This document shows positions 42,290 to 57,200 of a stretch of DNA of 64,000 bases, in pieces. The DNA lies in NCBI RefSeq assembly GCF_009914755.1, contig NC_060939.1, one strand, 5' to 3'. Position 1 is the first letter of the stretch, and every line of letters starts with the position of its first letter. Position numbers and translations under genes: made by a program. The DNA is from the human T2T-CHM13v2.0 reference genome, Homo sapiens. The notes under the pieces were generated by a model. It had not been told where the DNA came from. It searched no databases and saw only the letters and a list, made by a program, of their open reading frames with translations.

Positions 42290-45200
42290 TGAGCAGTTTG
42301 GAAATTCTGTTGGTGTAGAATCTGCAAAGGGATGTTTGTGAGTGCTTTGAGGCCATGGTGAAAAAGGAAATACCTTCACATAAAAACTATAAAGAAGGTT
42401 TCTGAGAAACTGCTTTGTGATGTCTGCATTCATCTCACAGAGTTAAACGTTTCATTCCTTTGATCAGTCTGGAAACTCAGTTTTTGTGCAATCTGCATAG
42501 TGATATTTGTGAGCGCTTTGAGGTCTATGGTGAAAAAGGAAATAGCTTCACATAAAAACTAGACAGAAGCTTTCTGAGAAACTACTTTGTGACGTGTGCA
42601 TTCATCTCACAGAGTTAAACAATTCTTTTGATTGAAAAGCTTGGAAATGGGTTCTTGTAGAATCTGCAGAGGGATATTTGTGAGCGCTTTGAAGCTTATG
42701 ATGAAAAAGGAAATAGCTTCACATAAAAACTAGAAAGAAGGTTTATGAGAAACTGCTTTGTGATGTGTGTGTTCATCTCACAGAGGTAAATATTTCTTTT
42801 CATTGAGAAGATTGGAAACTCTGTTCTTGTAGAATCTGCAAAGGGATATTTGTGAGCAGTTTGAGGCCTATGGTGAAAAAGGAAATATCATCGCATAAAA
42901 ACTTCACAGAAGTTTCTGAGAAACTTCCTGGTTATGTGTGCATTCATCTCACAGAGTTGAAATATTCTTTGGATTGAGCAGTTTGGAAACAGTATTTTTG
43001 TAGAATTGGCAAAGAGATATTTGTGAGCACTTGGAGACCAACGGTGAAAAAGGAAATATCTTCACATAAAAACTAGACAGAAGTTTTCTGAGAAACTTTT
43101 TTGTGATGTGTGCGTTCATCTCAGAGTTGAACCATTCTTTTGATTGAGTAGTTTGGTAACAGTCTTTTTGTAGAATCTGCAAAGGGATATTTGTGAGTGC
43201 TTTGAATCCTATGGTGAAAAAGGAAATATCTTCACATAAAAACTAGAAAGCAGGTTTCTGAGAAACTCCTTTGTGATGTGTGAATGCATCTCACAGACTT
43301 GAACCTTTCTATTGATTGAGCATTTTGGAAACAGTCTTTCTGAAGAATCTGCAAAGGGATATTTGTGAACACTTTGAGGCCTATGGTGAAAAAGGAAATA
43401 TCTTCACATGAAAACTAGACAGAAGCTTTCTGAGACACATCTGTGTGATGTGTGCACTCATCTCACAGAGTTGAACAATTCCTTTGATTGAGCAGTTCAG
43501 AAACAGTTTTTTGTAGAATATGCAAAGGGATATTTGTGAGCACTTTGAGACCTGTGGTGAAAAAGGAAATATATTCACATAAAAACGAGTCAGAAGGTTT
43601 CTGAGAAACTGCTCTGCAATGTGTGCATTCATGTCACAGAGGTAAACGTTTCTTTTCATTTAGCAGATGGGAAACTCTTTTCTTGTAAAATCTGCAAAGG
43701 GATATTTGTGAGCAGTTTGAGGTCTATGGTGAAAAAGGAAATATCATCGCATAAAAAGGTGACAGAAGTTTCTGAGAAAATTCCTAGCTATGTGTGCATT
43801 CATCTCACAGAGTTGAACGATTCTTTTGATTGAGCAGTTTGGAAACAGTATTTTTGTAGAATTGGCAAAGGGATATTTGTCAGCTCTCTGAGGCTTACAG
43901 TGAAAAAGGAAATATCTTCAATAAAAACTATAAGAATGTTTCTGAGAAGCTGTTTTGCAAGGTGTGCATTCAACTCACAGAGATAAAAGTTTATATTCTT
44001 TGATGAGTCTGGAAACTCTGTTCTTGTAAAATCTGCAAAGGGACATTTGTGAGCAGCTTGAGGACTATGGTGAAAAAAGAAATATCTTCACATAAAAACT
44101 AGACAGAAGATTTCAGAGAAACTTCTTTGTGATATGTGCTTTCACCTCACAGAGTTGAACCATTCTTTTGAATGAGAAGTTTGGAAATAGTCTTTTCAGA
44201 GAATCCGCAAAGGGCTATTTGGAGAGCTTTGATAGGTATGGTGAAAAGGGAAATATCTTCACATAAAAACTGGACAGAAGCTTTCTGAGAAACTTATTTG
44301 TGGTGTGTGCATTCATTTCACAGAGTTGAACCTTTCTTTTGATTGAGCAGTTTGGAAAGAGTCCTTTTCTAGAATTTTCTAGAATCTGCAGAGGGATATT
44401 TGTGAGCCCTATATGGCCTAAGGTGAAATAGGAAATATATTCACATAAAGACTAGACAGAAGCATTCTGAGAAACTACTTTGTGAAGTGTGCTTTCATCC
44501 CACAGAGTTAAACCTCTCTTTTGATTGAGAAGTTTGGAAACAGTCTTTTTGTAGAACATGCAAATGGATATTTGGAGCGCTTTGAGGCCTATGGTGAAAA
44601 AGGAAATATCTTCACATAAAAACTAGACAGAAGCATTCTGAGAAACATCTTTGTGATTTATGCATTCATCTCACAGAGATGAACCTTTCTTCTGATTGAG
44701 GAGTTTCAAAACAGACATTTTGTAGAATCTGCAAAGGGATATTTGTGAGCCCATTGAGGCCTATGGTGAAATAGGAAATATCTTCACATAAAAACTAGTC
44801 AGAAGATTTCTGAGAAACTTATTTGTGATGTGTGCTTTCATCTCACGGAGTTGAACCTTTCTTTTGATTGAGCAGTTTGGAAACGCTTTTTGTAGAATCT
44901 GCAAATGGATATTTGGAGCGCTTTGAGGACTGTGGTGAAAAAGGAAATATCTTCACATAAAAACTAGAAAGCAACAGTCTATGAAACTTCTTTGTGATGT
45001 GTGATGTCATCTCACAGAGTTGAACCTTTCTATTCATTGAGGAGTTTGGAAACCATCTTTTTGTAGAATCTGCAAATGGATGTTTGGAGCAGTTTGAAGC
45101 CTTGCTGAGAAAGGAAATATCTTCACATAAAAACTAGACAGAAACATTCTGAGAAACTTCTTGGTGACGTGTGAATTTACCACACAGAGCTGAACCTTTC

Positions 45201-48200
45201 TTTTTATTGAACAGTTTGGAAACAGTGTTTTTGTAGTATCTCCAGAAGGATGTTTGCGAGTGGTTTGAGGCTTATGGTGAAAAAGGAAATATCTTCACAT
45301 AAAAACTAGACAGAAGCTCTCTGAGAAACTTCTTTGGACGTGTGAATTCATCTCACAGTGTTGAACCTTTCATTGGATTGAGCAGTTTGGAAACAAACCT
45401 TTCATAAAATCTGCAAAGGTATATTTCTGAGCCCATTGAGGACTATGGTGAAATATGAAATATCTTCCCATAAAAACTAGACCGAAGGTTTCTAAGAAAC
45501 TTCTTTGTGATGTGTGCTTCCATCTCACAGAGTTGAACCTCTCTTTTGATTGAACAGTTTGGAAACACTCTTTTTGTAGGATCTGCAAATGGGTATTTGG
45601 AGTGCTTTGAGTCCCATGGTAAAAAAGGAAATATCTTCACATAAACATTAATGGAAGCTTTCTGAGAAACTTTTTTGTGATGTGTGCATTCATCTCACAG
45701 AGTTGAACCATTCTTTTGATTGAGCAGTTGGAAACTGTCTTTTCATAGAATAAACAAATGTATATTTGGAACAGTTTTAGGCCTATGGTGAAAAAGGAAA
45801 CTTCTTCACATAAAAACTAGACAGAAGCATTCTGAGAAACTTCTTTGGATGAGAGCTTTCATCTCACAGAGTTTAAGCTTTCTTTTCATTGAGCAGTTCG
45901 GAAACAATCTTTTTGTAGAATCTGCAAAGGGATATTTGTGAGCTGTTTGAGGCATGTGGTGTAAAAGGAAATGCCTTCACATAAAAACTAGACAGAAGCA
46001 TTTTGAGAAACCTCTTTGTGACGTTTGAATTCATCCCACAGAGTTGAACCTTTCTTTTCATTGAGCAGTGTAGAAACAGTCTTTTTGTACAGTCTGCAAA
46101 GGGATATTTCTGAACCGTTTGGGGCCTATGGTGAAAAAGAAACATCTTCTCACAAAAACTAGACAGAAGCATTCTTAGAAACTACTTTGTGATGTGTCCA
46201 TTCATCTCACAGAGTTGAAACTTTCTTTTGATTGAGCAATTTGGTAACAGTATTTTTGTAGCATCTGCAAAGGTATATTTGTGAGCCCTTTATTGCCAAT
46301 GGTGAAATAGGAAATATCTTCACATAAAAACGAAACAGTAGCTTTCTGAGAAACTTCTCTGTGATGTGTGCTTTCATCTCACAGAGTTGAACATTTCCTT
46401 CAATTGAGCAGATTGGAAGCAGTCTTTTTGTACAACCTGCAAATGGATATTTGGAGTGCTTTGTGGCTTGTGGTGAAAAACTAAATATCTTCACATAAAA
46501 TCTAGTGAGAAACTTTCTGAAGAACTTGTTTGTGATGTGTGCTTTTATGCCACAGAGTTGAACTTTTCTTTTCATGAAGCAGTTTGGAAGCAGTCTTTTT
46601 GTAGTATATGCAGAGGGATATTTGGGAGCTGTTTAAGGCTTATGGTGAAAAAGTAAATATCTTCACATAAAAACTAGACAGAAGCATTCTGAGAAAGTTC
46701 TTTGTGATGAGTACATTCATCACACAAAGTTGAAAATTTATTTTGAAGGAACAGTTTGGAAACAGTCTTTATGTCCAATCTGCAAAGGGATATTTCTTAG
46801 ACGTTTGAGGCCTATGGTGAAAAGGAAATATCTTCACATAAAAACTAGACAGAAGCTTTCTGAGAAACTACTTTGTGATGTATCCATTCATCTCATACAG
46901 TTGAAATTTTCTTTTGATGGAGAAGTTTGGAAACAGTTTTTTTGTAGATTCTGTAAAAGGATATTTGTTATCCCTTTATGGCCTAAGGTGAAATAGGAAA
47001 TATCTTCACATAAAAACTAGACAGAAGCTTTCCGAGAAACTTATTTGTGATGTGTGCTTTCACCTCACAGAGTTGAAACTTTCCTTTATTAGAGCAGTTT
47101 GGAAAGAGGCCTTTTGTAGGATCTGCAAAGGGATATTTTGAGCCCACTGAGGCGTATGGTGAAAAAGGAAATATCTTCACATTAAAACTAGAAAGAAACC
47201 ATCTGAGAAACTTCCTTGTGATGTACACTTTCACCTCACATGTTGAACCTTTCCTTTGATTGAGCAGTTTGGAAAGAGTCTTTTTGGACAATCTGCAAAG
47301 GCATATTTCTAAGCCCATTGAGGCCTATGGTGAAATATGAAATATCTTCACATAAAAACTAGAAAGAAGCTTTCTGAAAAACTTATTTTTGATGAGTGCT
47401 TTCATCTCACAGAGTTGAACCTTTCTTTTGATTGAGCAGTTTGGAAACAGTCTTTTTGTATTATGTGCAGAGGGATATTTTTTAGCAGTTTAAGGCCTAT
47501 GGTGAAAAAGAAAATATCTTCACATGAAAACTAGACGGAAGCATTCTGAGAAAGTACTTTGGATGTTTGCATTCATCTCACAGAGTTGAAACTTTCTTTT
47601 GATTGAGCATTTTGGAAACACTCTTTTGTAGAATCTGTAAAGGGATATTTGGAGCGCTTTGAGGCCTATGGTGAAAAAGGAAATATCTTCACATAAAAAC
47701 TAAACAGAAGCGTTCTGAGAAAAGTCTTTGTTTCTCAGAAACAGAGTGTGCATTCATCTCACAATGTTGAACCTTTGTTTTGAAGGAGCAGTCTGGAAAC
47801 AGTCTTTTTGTACAATCTGCAACAGGATATTGCTGAGCAGTTTGAGGCCTATGGTGAAAAAGAAATGTCTTCACATAATAACTAGACAGATGCACTCTGA
47901 GAAACTTCTTTGTGATGTGTCCATTCCTTGCACAAAGTTGAACCTTTCTTTTCATTGATCAGTTCTGAAACAGTCTTACTGTAGAATCTGCAAAGGGATA
48001 TTTTTCAGCCCTTTGAGGCCTAAAGTGAAATAGGAAATATCTTCACATAAAAACTAGACAGAACATTCTGAGAAACTTATTTCTGACGTGTGTATTAATC
48101 TCACAGAGTACAACCTTTCTTGTGAATGCACAATTCAGAAACAGTCTTTTTGTACTATCTGCAGAGGGATATTTGTGAGCGGTTTGCAGCCTATGGTGAA

Positions 48201-51200
48201 AAAGGAAATATCTTCACAGAAAACTAGACAGAAGCATTCTGAGAAACTTCCTTATGATGGGTTATTTCTTCTCACAGAGTAGAAGCTTTCTTTTGATTGA
48301 GCAGATTGGAAACAGTCTTTTTGTAGTATCTGTAGTGGGATATATTTGAGCGTTTTGAGGCCTATGGAGATAAAGAAATATCTTCACATAAAAACTAGAC
48401 AGAAACATTCTGAAAACCTTCTTCATAATGTGTGCATTCATTGCACGGATTTGAACTTTCTTTTGATTGAGCAGTTTGGAAACAGTCCTTTTGTAGAACC
48501 TACAAAAGGATATTTCTGAGCCCATTGATGCCTGTGTTGAAATAGGAAATATCTTCACCTAAAAACTAGACAGAAGCCTTCTGAGAAACTTTTTTGTTAT
48601 GTGTACATTCATCTCACAGAGTTGAACCTTTATTTTGATTGAGCAGTTTGGAAACAGTCTGTTTTTGGTATCTGCAGAGGGATATTTGTAAGTGGTTTAA
48701 GGCCTATGTTGAAAAAGGAAATGTCTTCACATAAAAACTAGACAGAAGCATTATGAGAAACTTCTTTGTGATGTGTGCATTCATCTCACAGAGTTGAACC
48801 TTTCTTTTGATTGAGCAGTTTGGAAACAGTCTTTTTGTAGACCCTGCATATGGATATTTGGAGCTATTTGATCCTAGGGTGAAATACGAATTGTCTTCAA
48901 ATAAAAACTAGACAGAAGCTTTCTGACAAACTTGTTTGTGACGTGTGCATTCATCTCACATATTTGAACCCTTCTTTAGATTAAGCAGTTTGGAAACACT
49001 CTTTTTGTAGGATCTACAGAGGGATATTTTTGAGCGGTTTGAGGCCTATGGTGAAAAAGGAACTATCTTCACATAAAGACTAGACAGAAGCATTCTGAGA
49101 AACTTCTTTGTGATGTGTAGATTCATCTCACAGAGATTAACCTTCTTTTGATTAAGCAGTTTGCAAACAGTCTTTTTGCAGAATCTGAAATGGGTTATTT
49201 GTGAGCCCTTTGAGGCCTATGGTGAAATAGGAAATATCTACACATAAAAACTTGTCAGAAACTTTCTGAGTAAGTTCTTTGTGATGTGTGCATTCATCTC
49301 ACAGAGTTGAAACTTTCTTTTGATTGAGCAGTTTGTAAACAGTCTTTTTGTAGAATCTGCAAATGGGTATTTGGTGGGCTTTGAGCCCTATTGTGATAAA
49401 GGAAATATCTTCACATAAACACTAGAGAGAAGTTTTCTGAGAAACTTCTTTGTGATTTGTGCGTTCATCTCACAGAGTTGAAACTTTCTTTTGACTGAGC
49501 AGTTTGGAAACAGTCTTTTTGTAGAATATGCAGAGGGATATTTGTGAGCGGTTTGACTAAAGTCAAAAAGGAAATATCTTCACATTAAAACTAGACAGAA
49601 ACATTTTGAGAAACTTCTTTCTGATGTGTGCATTCATTTAACAGAGGTGAATCTTTCTTTTGATTGAGCACTTTGGAAACAATCTTTTTGAAAATCTGCA
49701 GAGGGATATTTGTGAGAGGTTTGAGAACTATGGTGAAAAAGGAGATATCTTCACATAAAAACTATACAGAAGGAATCTGATAAACATCTTTGTGATGTGT
49801 TCATTAAATGCACAAAGTTGAGCCTTTCTTTTGGTTGAGCAGTTTGGAAGCAGTCTTTTTGTAGAATGTGCAAAGGGATACTTTTGAGCCCTTTGAGGAC
49901 TATGGTGAAATAGAAAATATCCTCATATGAAAACTATATAGAAACTTTTTGAGAAACTTCTTTGTGATGTTTTCATTCATCGGATAGAATTGAACCTTAC
50001 TATTCATAGAGTAGTTTGGAAATGGTCTTTTTGTGGAATGTGCAAAGGGATAGTTTTGAGCCCTTTGAGAACTTTGGTGAAATAGGAAATATCTTCACAT
50101 AAAAACTAGACAGAATCTTTCTAAGAAACTTCTTCATGATGTGTGCATTCATCTCACAGAGTTCAACATTTGTTTTGTTTGAGTATTTTGGAAACAGTCT
50201 TTTTGAAGGATCTGCAGAGGGATATTCGTGAGCAGTTTGAGGGCTCTGGAGAAAAAGGAAATATTCACATAAAAACCGGACAAAAGCATTGTGAGAAACT
50301 TCTTTGTGATGTATACATTCGTCACACAGTGTTGAACTTTTCTTTTGATTTAGCAGTTTGGAAACAGTCTTTTTCTAGAAACTGCAAAGTGATATTTGTG
50401 AGCCCTTTGAGGCCTATGGTGAAATAGGAAATATCTTCACATAAAAACTAGACAGAAGCTTTTTGAGCATCTTTTTTTCTGATGTTTGATTTCATCTCAC
50501 AGAGTTGAACCTTTCTTTTGATTGAGTAGTTTGGAAACAGTCTTTTTGTAGAATCTGCATAGGGATATTGTGATCAGATTGAGGCCTATCGTGATAAAGG
50601 AAATATCTTCCCATAAAAACTAGTTAGAAGGTTTTTGAGAAACTTCTTTGTGATGTTTGCATTCATGTCACAGAATTGAAACTTTCTTTTCATTGAGCAG
50701 TTTGGAAACAGTCTTCTTATACTTTCTGCAATGGGATATTTCTAAGTGGTTTGAGGCCTATGCTGAAAAATAAATATCTTCACATAAAAACTAGACAGAA
50801 GAATTCTGACAAACTTCTTTCTGATGTGTGCTTTCATCTCACACAGTTGAAACTTTCCTTTGATTGAGCAGTTTGGAAGCAGAATTTTTGTTGAATCCGC
50901 AGAAGGATATTTTTCAGTGGTTTGAGGCCTATGCTGAAAAAGAAATATCTTCACATAAAAACTAGATGGAAGATTTCTGAGAAACTTCTTTGTGATGTGT
51001 GAATTCGTATCACAGAATTGAACCTTTTGTTTGATTGAGCACTTTGAAAACAGTCTTTTTGTAGAATCTGCAGAGGGATATTTGTGAACAGTTTGAGGCC
51101 TAAGGTGAGAAAGGAAATATCTTCACATAAAAACTAGAGAGAAGCCTTCTGAGAAACTTCTTTATGATGTGTGCCTTCACGTCACAGAGTTGAACCTTCC

Positions 51201-54200
51201 TTTTCATTGAGCAGTTTGACAAAAGTCTTTTTGTACAATCTGCAAAGTGATTTTTTTGAATGCTTTGAGACTTATGGTGACAAAGGAAATATCTTCACAT
51301 AAAAGCTAGAGAGAAATCTACTGAGAAACTTGTTTCTGATGTGTGCATTCATCACAGAAAGTTGAAAATTTCTTTTGATTGAGCAGTTAGGAAACAGTAT
51401 TTTTGTAGGACCTGCCAAGGGATATTTGGAGCGGTTTGAGGCCTATGGTGAAAAAGGAAATTTGCCCTAATAAAATCTAGACAGAAACATTCTGAGAAAC
51501 TTCTTTGTGATGTGTGCATTCATCTCACAGATTTGAAACTTTGCTTTGATTGAGCAGTTTGGAAACAGTCTTTTTGTAGATTCTGCAAAGGTGTATTTGT
51601 AGGTGGTTTGAGGCCTATGGTGAAAAAGGAAATATCTTCACATGAAAACTAGACAGAAGCTTTCTGAGAAACTTATTTTTGATGTGTTCATGCACCTCAC
51701 AGGGTTGGAACTTTCTTTTGATTGAGCAGTTTGGAAACGTATTTTTCTAGAATCTACAAAGGGATAATTGTAGGCGGTTTGAGGCACGTGGTCAAAGAGG
51801 AAATATGTTCACATTAAAACTAGACAGAAGCATTCTGAGATACTTCTTTGCAATGTGTGCATTCATCCCACAGAATTGAACCTTTCTTTTGATTGAGCAG
51901 TTTGGAAACTGTGTTTTTGTAGAATCTGCATAAGGACATTTCTGTGTGCCTGAAGCCTATGGTGAAAAAGAAATATCTTCACATAAAAACTAGGCAGAAG
52001 CATTCTGAGAAACTTCTCATGATGTGTGCATTCATCTCAGAGAATTTAATCTTTGTTTTGATGAGCACTTTGGAAGCAGTCTTTTTGTAGAATCTGCAAA
52101 GTGATATTTGTTTATGCTTTGAGGCTTATGGTGAAAAGGGAAATATGTTCACATAAAAAATAGACAGAAGCTTTCTGAGAAACTTCTTTATGATGTGTGC
52201 ATTCACCTCACAGAGTTGAACCTTTCTTTTGATTTAGCAGTTTGGAAACAGTCTTTTTGTAGAATCTACAAAGGGACATTTGTGAGCACTTTGAGGCCTA
52301 CTGTGAAAAAGGAAATATCCACAAATAAAATGTAGACAGAAGCTTTGTGAGAAACTTCTTTTTGATGTTTGCATTCATCTCACAGAGTTGAACCTTTGTT
52401 TTGATTGAGGAGTTTGGAAACAATCTTTTTCTAGAAACTGCAAAGGGACATTAGTGTGCATCTGAGGCCTATGTTGAAAAAGAAAATATCTTCACATAAA
52501 AATTAGGCAGAAGCTTTCTGAGATACTTCATTGTGATGTGTGCATTCAGCTCACAGAGCTTGACCTTTATTTTCATTGAGCAGTTTGGAAGCAGTCATTT
52601 TGTAGAATCTGCAAAGTGATGCTTGTGAACGCTTTGAGGCCTATGGTGAAAAAGAAAATATCTTCACATAAATGCTAGATACAAGCTTTCTGAGAAACTT
52701 CTTTGTGATATGTACATTCATCTCACATAGTTGAACAATTCTTTTGATTGAGCAGTTTGGAAACACTCTTTTTGTAGAATCTGCAAGGGATATTTGTGAA
52801 CACTTTGAGGCTTATGGTGAAAACAGAAATATCCTCATATTAAGACTAGACAGAAACTTTCTGAGAAACTTCTGTGTGATGTGAGCATTTGTCTCACAGA
52901 ATTGAAAATTTCTTTTGATATAGCAGTTTGGAAACAGGCTTTTTGCAGATTCTGCGAAGGGATTTTTGTGAGCGGTTTGATGTCTATGGTGAGAAAGTAA
53001 ATATCCACAAGTAAAATCTAGACAGAAACTTTCTGAGAAACTTCTTTGTGATTTGTGCATTCATCTTACAGAGTTGAACTTTTCTTTTGATGAAGCAGTT
53101 TGGAAACTGTATTTTTGTAGAATCTGCAAAGTGATGTTTGTGAAAGCTTAGAGGCTTATGGTGAAAAAGCAAATATCTTCACTTAAAAACTAGACAGAAG
53201 CATTCTGGGAAATTTCTTGGAGATGTGTGCATTCATCTCAGAGATTTGAACCTTTATTTTGATTGAGCATTTTGGAAAGAGTCTTTATGTAGAATCTTCA
53301 AAGGGACATTTTTGAGCGCTTTGAGGTTATGGTGAAAAAGGAAATATCTTCATATCACTAATAAAACCTAGACAGAAAATTTCTGAGAAGCTTCCTTGTG
53401 ATGTGTGTATTCATCTCACAGAGTTGAAACTTTGTTTTGATTGAGCAGTTTGGAAACAGTCTTTTTGTAGAATCAGCAAAGAAATATTTGTGAACTCTTT
53501 GAGGCTTATAGTGAAAAAGGAAATATCTTCACATAAAAACTAGACAGAAGATTTCTGGGAAACTTCTTTCTTAAATATGCATTCGTCTCACAGAATTGAA
53601 CCACTCTTTTGATTGAGCTGTTTGGAAAGAGTCTTTATGTAGAATCTTCAAAGGGACATTTGTGAGCGCTTTGAGGCTTATGGTGAAAAAGGAAATATCT
53701 TCATATCACTAATAAAACCTAGACAGAAAATTTCTGAGAAGCTTCCTTTTGATGTGTGCATTCATCTCACAAAGTTGAAACTTTGTTTTGATTGAGCAGT
53801 TTGGAAACAGTCTTTTTGTAGAATCTGCAAAGTAATATTTGTGAACTCTTGAGGCTTATGGTGAAAAAGGAAATATCTTCACATAAAAACTAGACCAAAG
53901 CTTTCTGGAAACTTATTTGTCAAGTATGCATTCATCTCACAGAGTTGAACCATTCTTTTGATTGAGCAGTTTGGAAACAGTTTTTTTGTAGTATATGCAA
54001 AGGGGTATATATATAGGCAGCCTAAGGACTATGGTGAAAAAGGAAATACCATCACATAAAAACTAGACAGAACCTTTCTGAGAAATTTCTTTGTGATGTG
54101 TGCATTCATCTCACAGAGTTGAAGCTTCCTTTTGATTGATCAGTTTGGAAGCTTTCTTTTTGTAGAATCTGCATAGGGATATTTGTGAACCCTTTGAGGC

Positions 54201-57200
54201 CTATGGTGAAAAAGGAAATATCTTCATATAAAAACTAGACAGAAGCATTCTGAGAAACTTCGTCATGTTATGTGTTTTCATCTCACAGAGTTGAACCTTT
54301 CCTTTCATTGAGCAGTTTGGAAACAGTCTTTATGTAGAATCTGCACAGGGACATTTTTGAGCAATTTGAGGCCTATGGTGTAAAAGGAAATATCTTCACA
54401 TAAAAACTAGACAGAAGCATTCTGAGAAACTTCTCTGTGATGTGTGCATTCAGCTCACAGTGTTGAACCCTTCTTTAGATTGAGCAGTTTGGAAACAGTG
54501 TTTTTGTAGAATCTGCAAAGGGATATCTGTGAGCCCTTTGAGGCCTATGGTGAAAAAGGAAATATCCACAAATAATATCTAGACAGAAGCTCTCTGAGAA
54601 ACTTCTTTGTGGTGTGTGCATTCATCTCACAGAGTTGAATCTTCCTTTTGACTGAGCAGTTTGGAAACAGTCTTTTTGTAGAATCTGCATAGGGATATTT
54701 GTAAGCCCATTGATGTCTATGTTGAAAAAGGAATTGTCTTCACATAAAAACTAGACAGAAGCTTTCTGAGAAACTTCTTTGTGATGTGTGTGTTCATCTC
54801 ACAGAGTTGAACCTCTCTTTTGATTGAGTAGTGTGAAAACAGTCTTTTTTAGAAACTGCAAGGAATATTTGTGAGCGGTTTGAAACCTAAGGTGAAAAAG
54901 GAATTATCCACAAATAAAATATAAACAGAAGCTTTCTGAGAAACTTCTTTGTGATGTGTGCATTCATCTCACATAGTTGAACTTTTATTTTGATTGAGTA
55001 GTTTTTAAACCGTCTTTTTGTACAATCTGCAAAGTGATATCTGTGAATGGTTTCAGGCTTATGGTGAAAAAGGAAATATCTTCACCTAAACCTATAAAGA
55101 AGCTTTCTGAGAAACTTCTTTAGGATGTACACATTCATCTCACAGAGTTGAACATTTGTTTTGATTCACCAGTTCAAAAACAATCTTTTTGTAGAATCTG
55201 TAAGGAGACATTTTTGAGCTCTTTGAGGCATATGGTGAAATAGGAAATATCTTTACAAAAAAACTATACAGAAGCTTTCTGAGAAACTTCTCTGAGATGT
55301 GTGCCTTCATCTCACAGAGTTAAATCTTTGCTTTGATTGAGCAGTTTGGAAACAGTCTTTCTGTAGAATCTGTAAAGGGATATTTGAAGGCATTTTGAGA
55401 CATATGGTGAAAAAGGAAATATCTTCACATAAAAACTAGACAGAAACTTTCTGAGAAACTTCCTTGTGATGTGTGCATTCATCTCACAGAGTTCAAACTT
55501 TCTTTTGACTTATCGAGTTGGAAACAGTCTTTTTGTAGAATATGCAAAGGGATATTTATGAGTGGTTTGAGGTCTGCAGTAAAAAAGGAAATATCTTCAC
55601 ATAAAACATAGAGAGAAGCATTCTGAGAAACTTCCTTGCAATGTGTGCATTCATCTCAGAGAGCTGAACATTTCTTTTCATTGGGCAGTTTGGAAACTGT
55701 ATTTTTGTAGAATCTGCAAAGCGATATGTTTTAGCGGTTTGAGTCGTATGGTGAAAAAAGAAATATCGAAAAATAAAATGTAGACAGCAACTTTCTGAAA
55801 AACTTCTTTGTGATGTGTGCATTTACCTCACAGGGTTGAAACTTTCTTTTGATTGAGCAGTTTGGAAACAGTCTTTTCATAGAAGCTGCAAAGTGATATT
55901 TGTGAACACTTTGAGGCTTATGGTGAAAAAGGAAATATCTTCACATGAAAACTAGACTCATGTTTTCTGGGAAACTTCTTTATGATGTGTGGATGCATCT
56001 CAAAGAGTTGAATCTTTCGTTTGATTGAGCAGTTTGGAAACAGTCTTTTTGGAGAATCTGCAAAGGGATGTTTTTGAGTGGTTTGAGGCATGTGGTGAAA
56101 AAGGAAATATCTTCATATAAAAACTAGACAGAAGCATTCTGAGAAACCACTTTGTGATGTGTGCATTCATCTCAGAGTTGAATTTTCTTTCATTGAGTAG
56201 TTTGGAAACAGTCTTTTTGTAGAATATGCAAAGGGATATTTGTGAGCTTTTTGAGGCCTATTGTGAAAAAGGAAATATCCACAAATACTATCTAGACAGA
56301 AGCCTTCTGAGAAACTTCTTTGTGATATGTGCATTCATCACACAGAGTTGAATCTTTCTTTTGATTGAGCAGTTTGGAAACAGTCTTTTTGTAGAATCTG
56401 CAAAGGAAAATTTGTGAACGTTTTGAGGCTTCTGGTGAAAAAGAAGTATCTTCACATAAAAACTAGACAGAAAGTTCTGAGAAACTTTTTTGTAATGTGT
56501 GCATTCATCACACACAGCTGAACTTTCTTTTGATTGAGCAATTTGGAAACAGTACTTTTGTAGAATCTGCAAAGGGTTATTTATGAGCGGTTTGAGGCCT
56601 ATGGTGAAAAAGGGAGTATCAACAAATAAGAACTAGATAGAAACTTTCTGAGAAACTTTTCTGTGATGTATGCATTCATCTCACAGGGTAGAAAGCTTTC
56701 TTTGATTGAGCAGTTTGGAGACAATCTTTTTGTAGAATCTGCAAAGGGATATATGTAGGCGGTTTGAAGTCTATGGTGAAAATGGAAATATCTTCACATA
56801 AAAATTAGACAGAAGCTTTCTGAGAAAATTCTTTGTGATGTGCTCATTCATCTCACAGATTTCAAGTGTTCTTTTCATTGACCAGTTTGGATAGAGTCTT
56901 TTTGTAGAATCTGCTTTGTGATATTTGTGAGCCCTTTGAAGCCTATGGTGAAAAAAGAAATATCTTCACACAAAAACTAGACAGAAGCTTTCTGAGAAAC
57001 TTCGTTGTGATGTGTACATTCATCCCAAAGAGTTGAATCTGTCTTTGGATTGAGCAGTTTGGAAACAGTCCTTTTGTAGAATGTACAAAGGGATATTCGG
57101 GATCCCTTTTTGGCCTATGGTGAAAAAGGAAATGTCTTCACATAAAAACTAGACAGAAGCATTCTGAGAAACTTCTTTTTGATGTGTTCATTCTTCTCAC

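Noticed and set aside
57000-57016. CTTCGTTG resembling a CENP-B box
   Set aside because: Lacks the downstream A..CGGG and lies at the wrong monomer position
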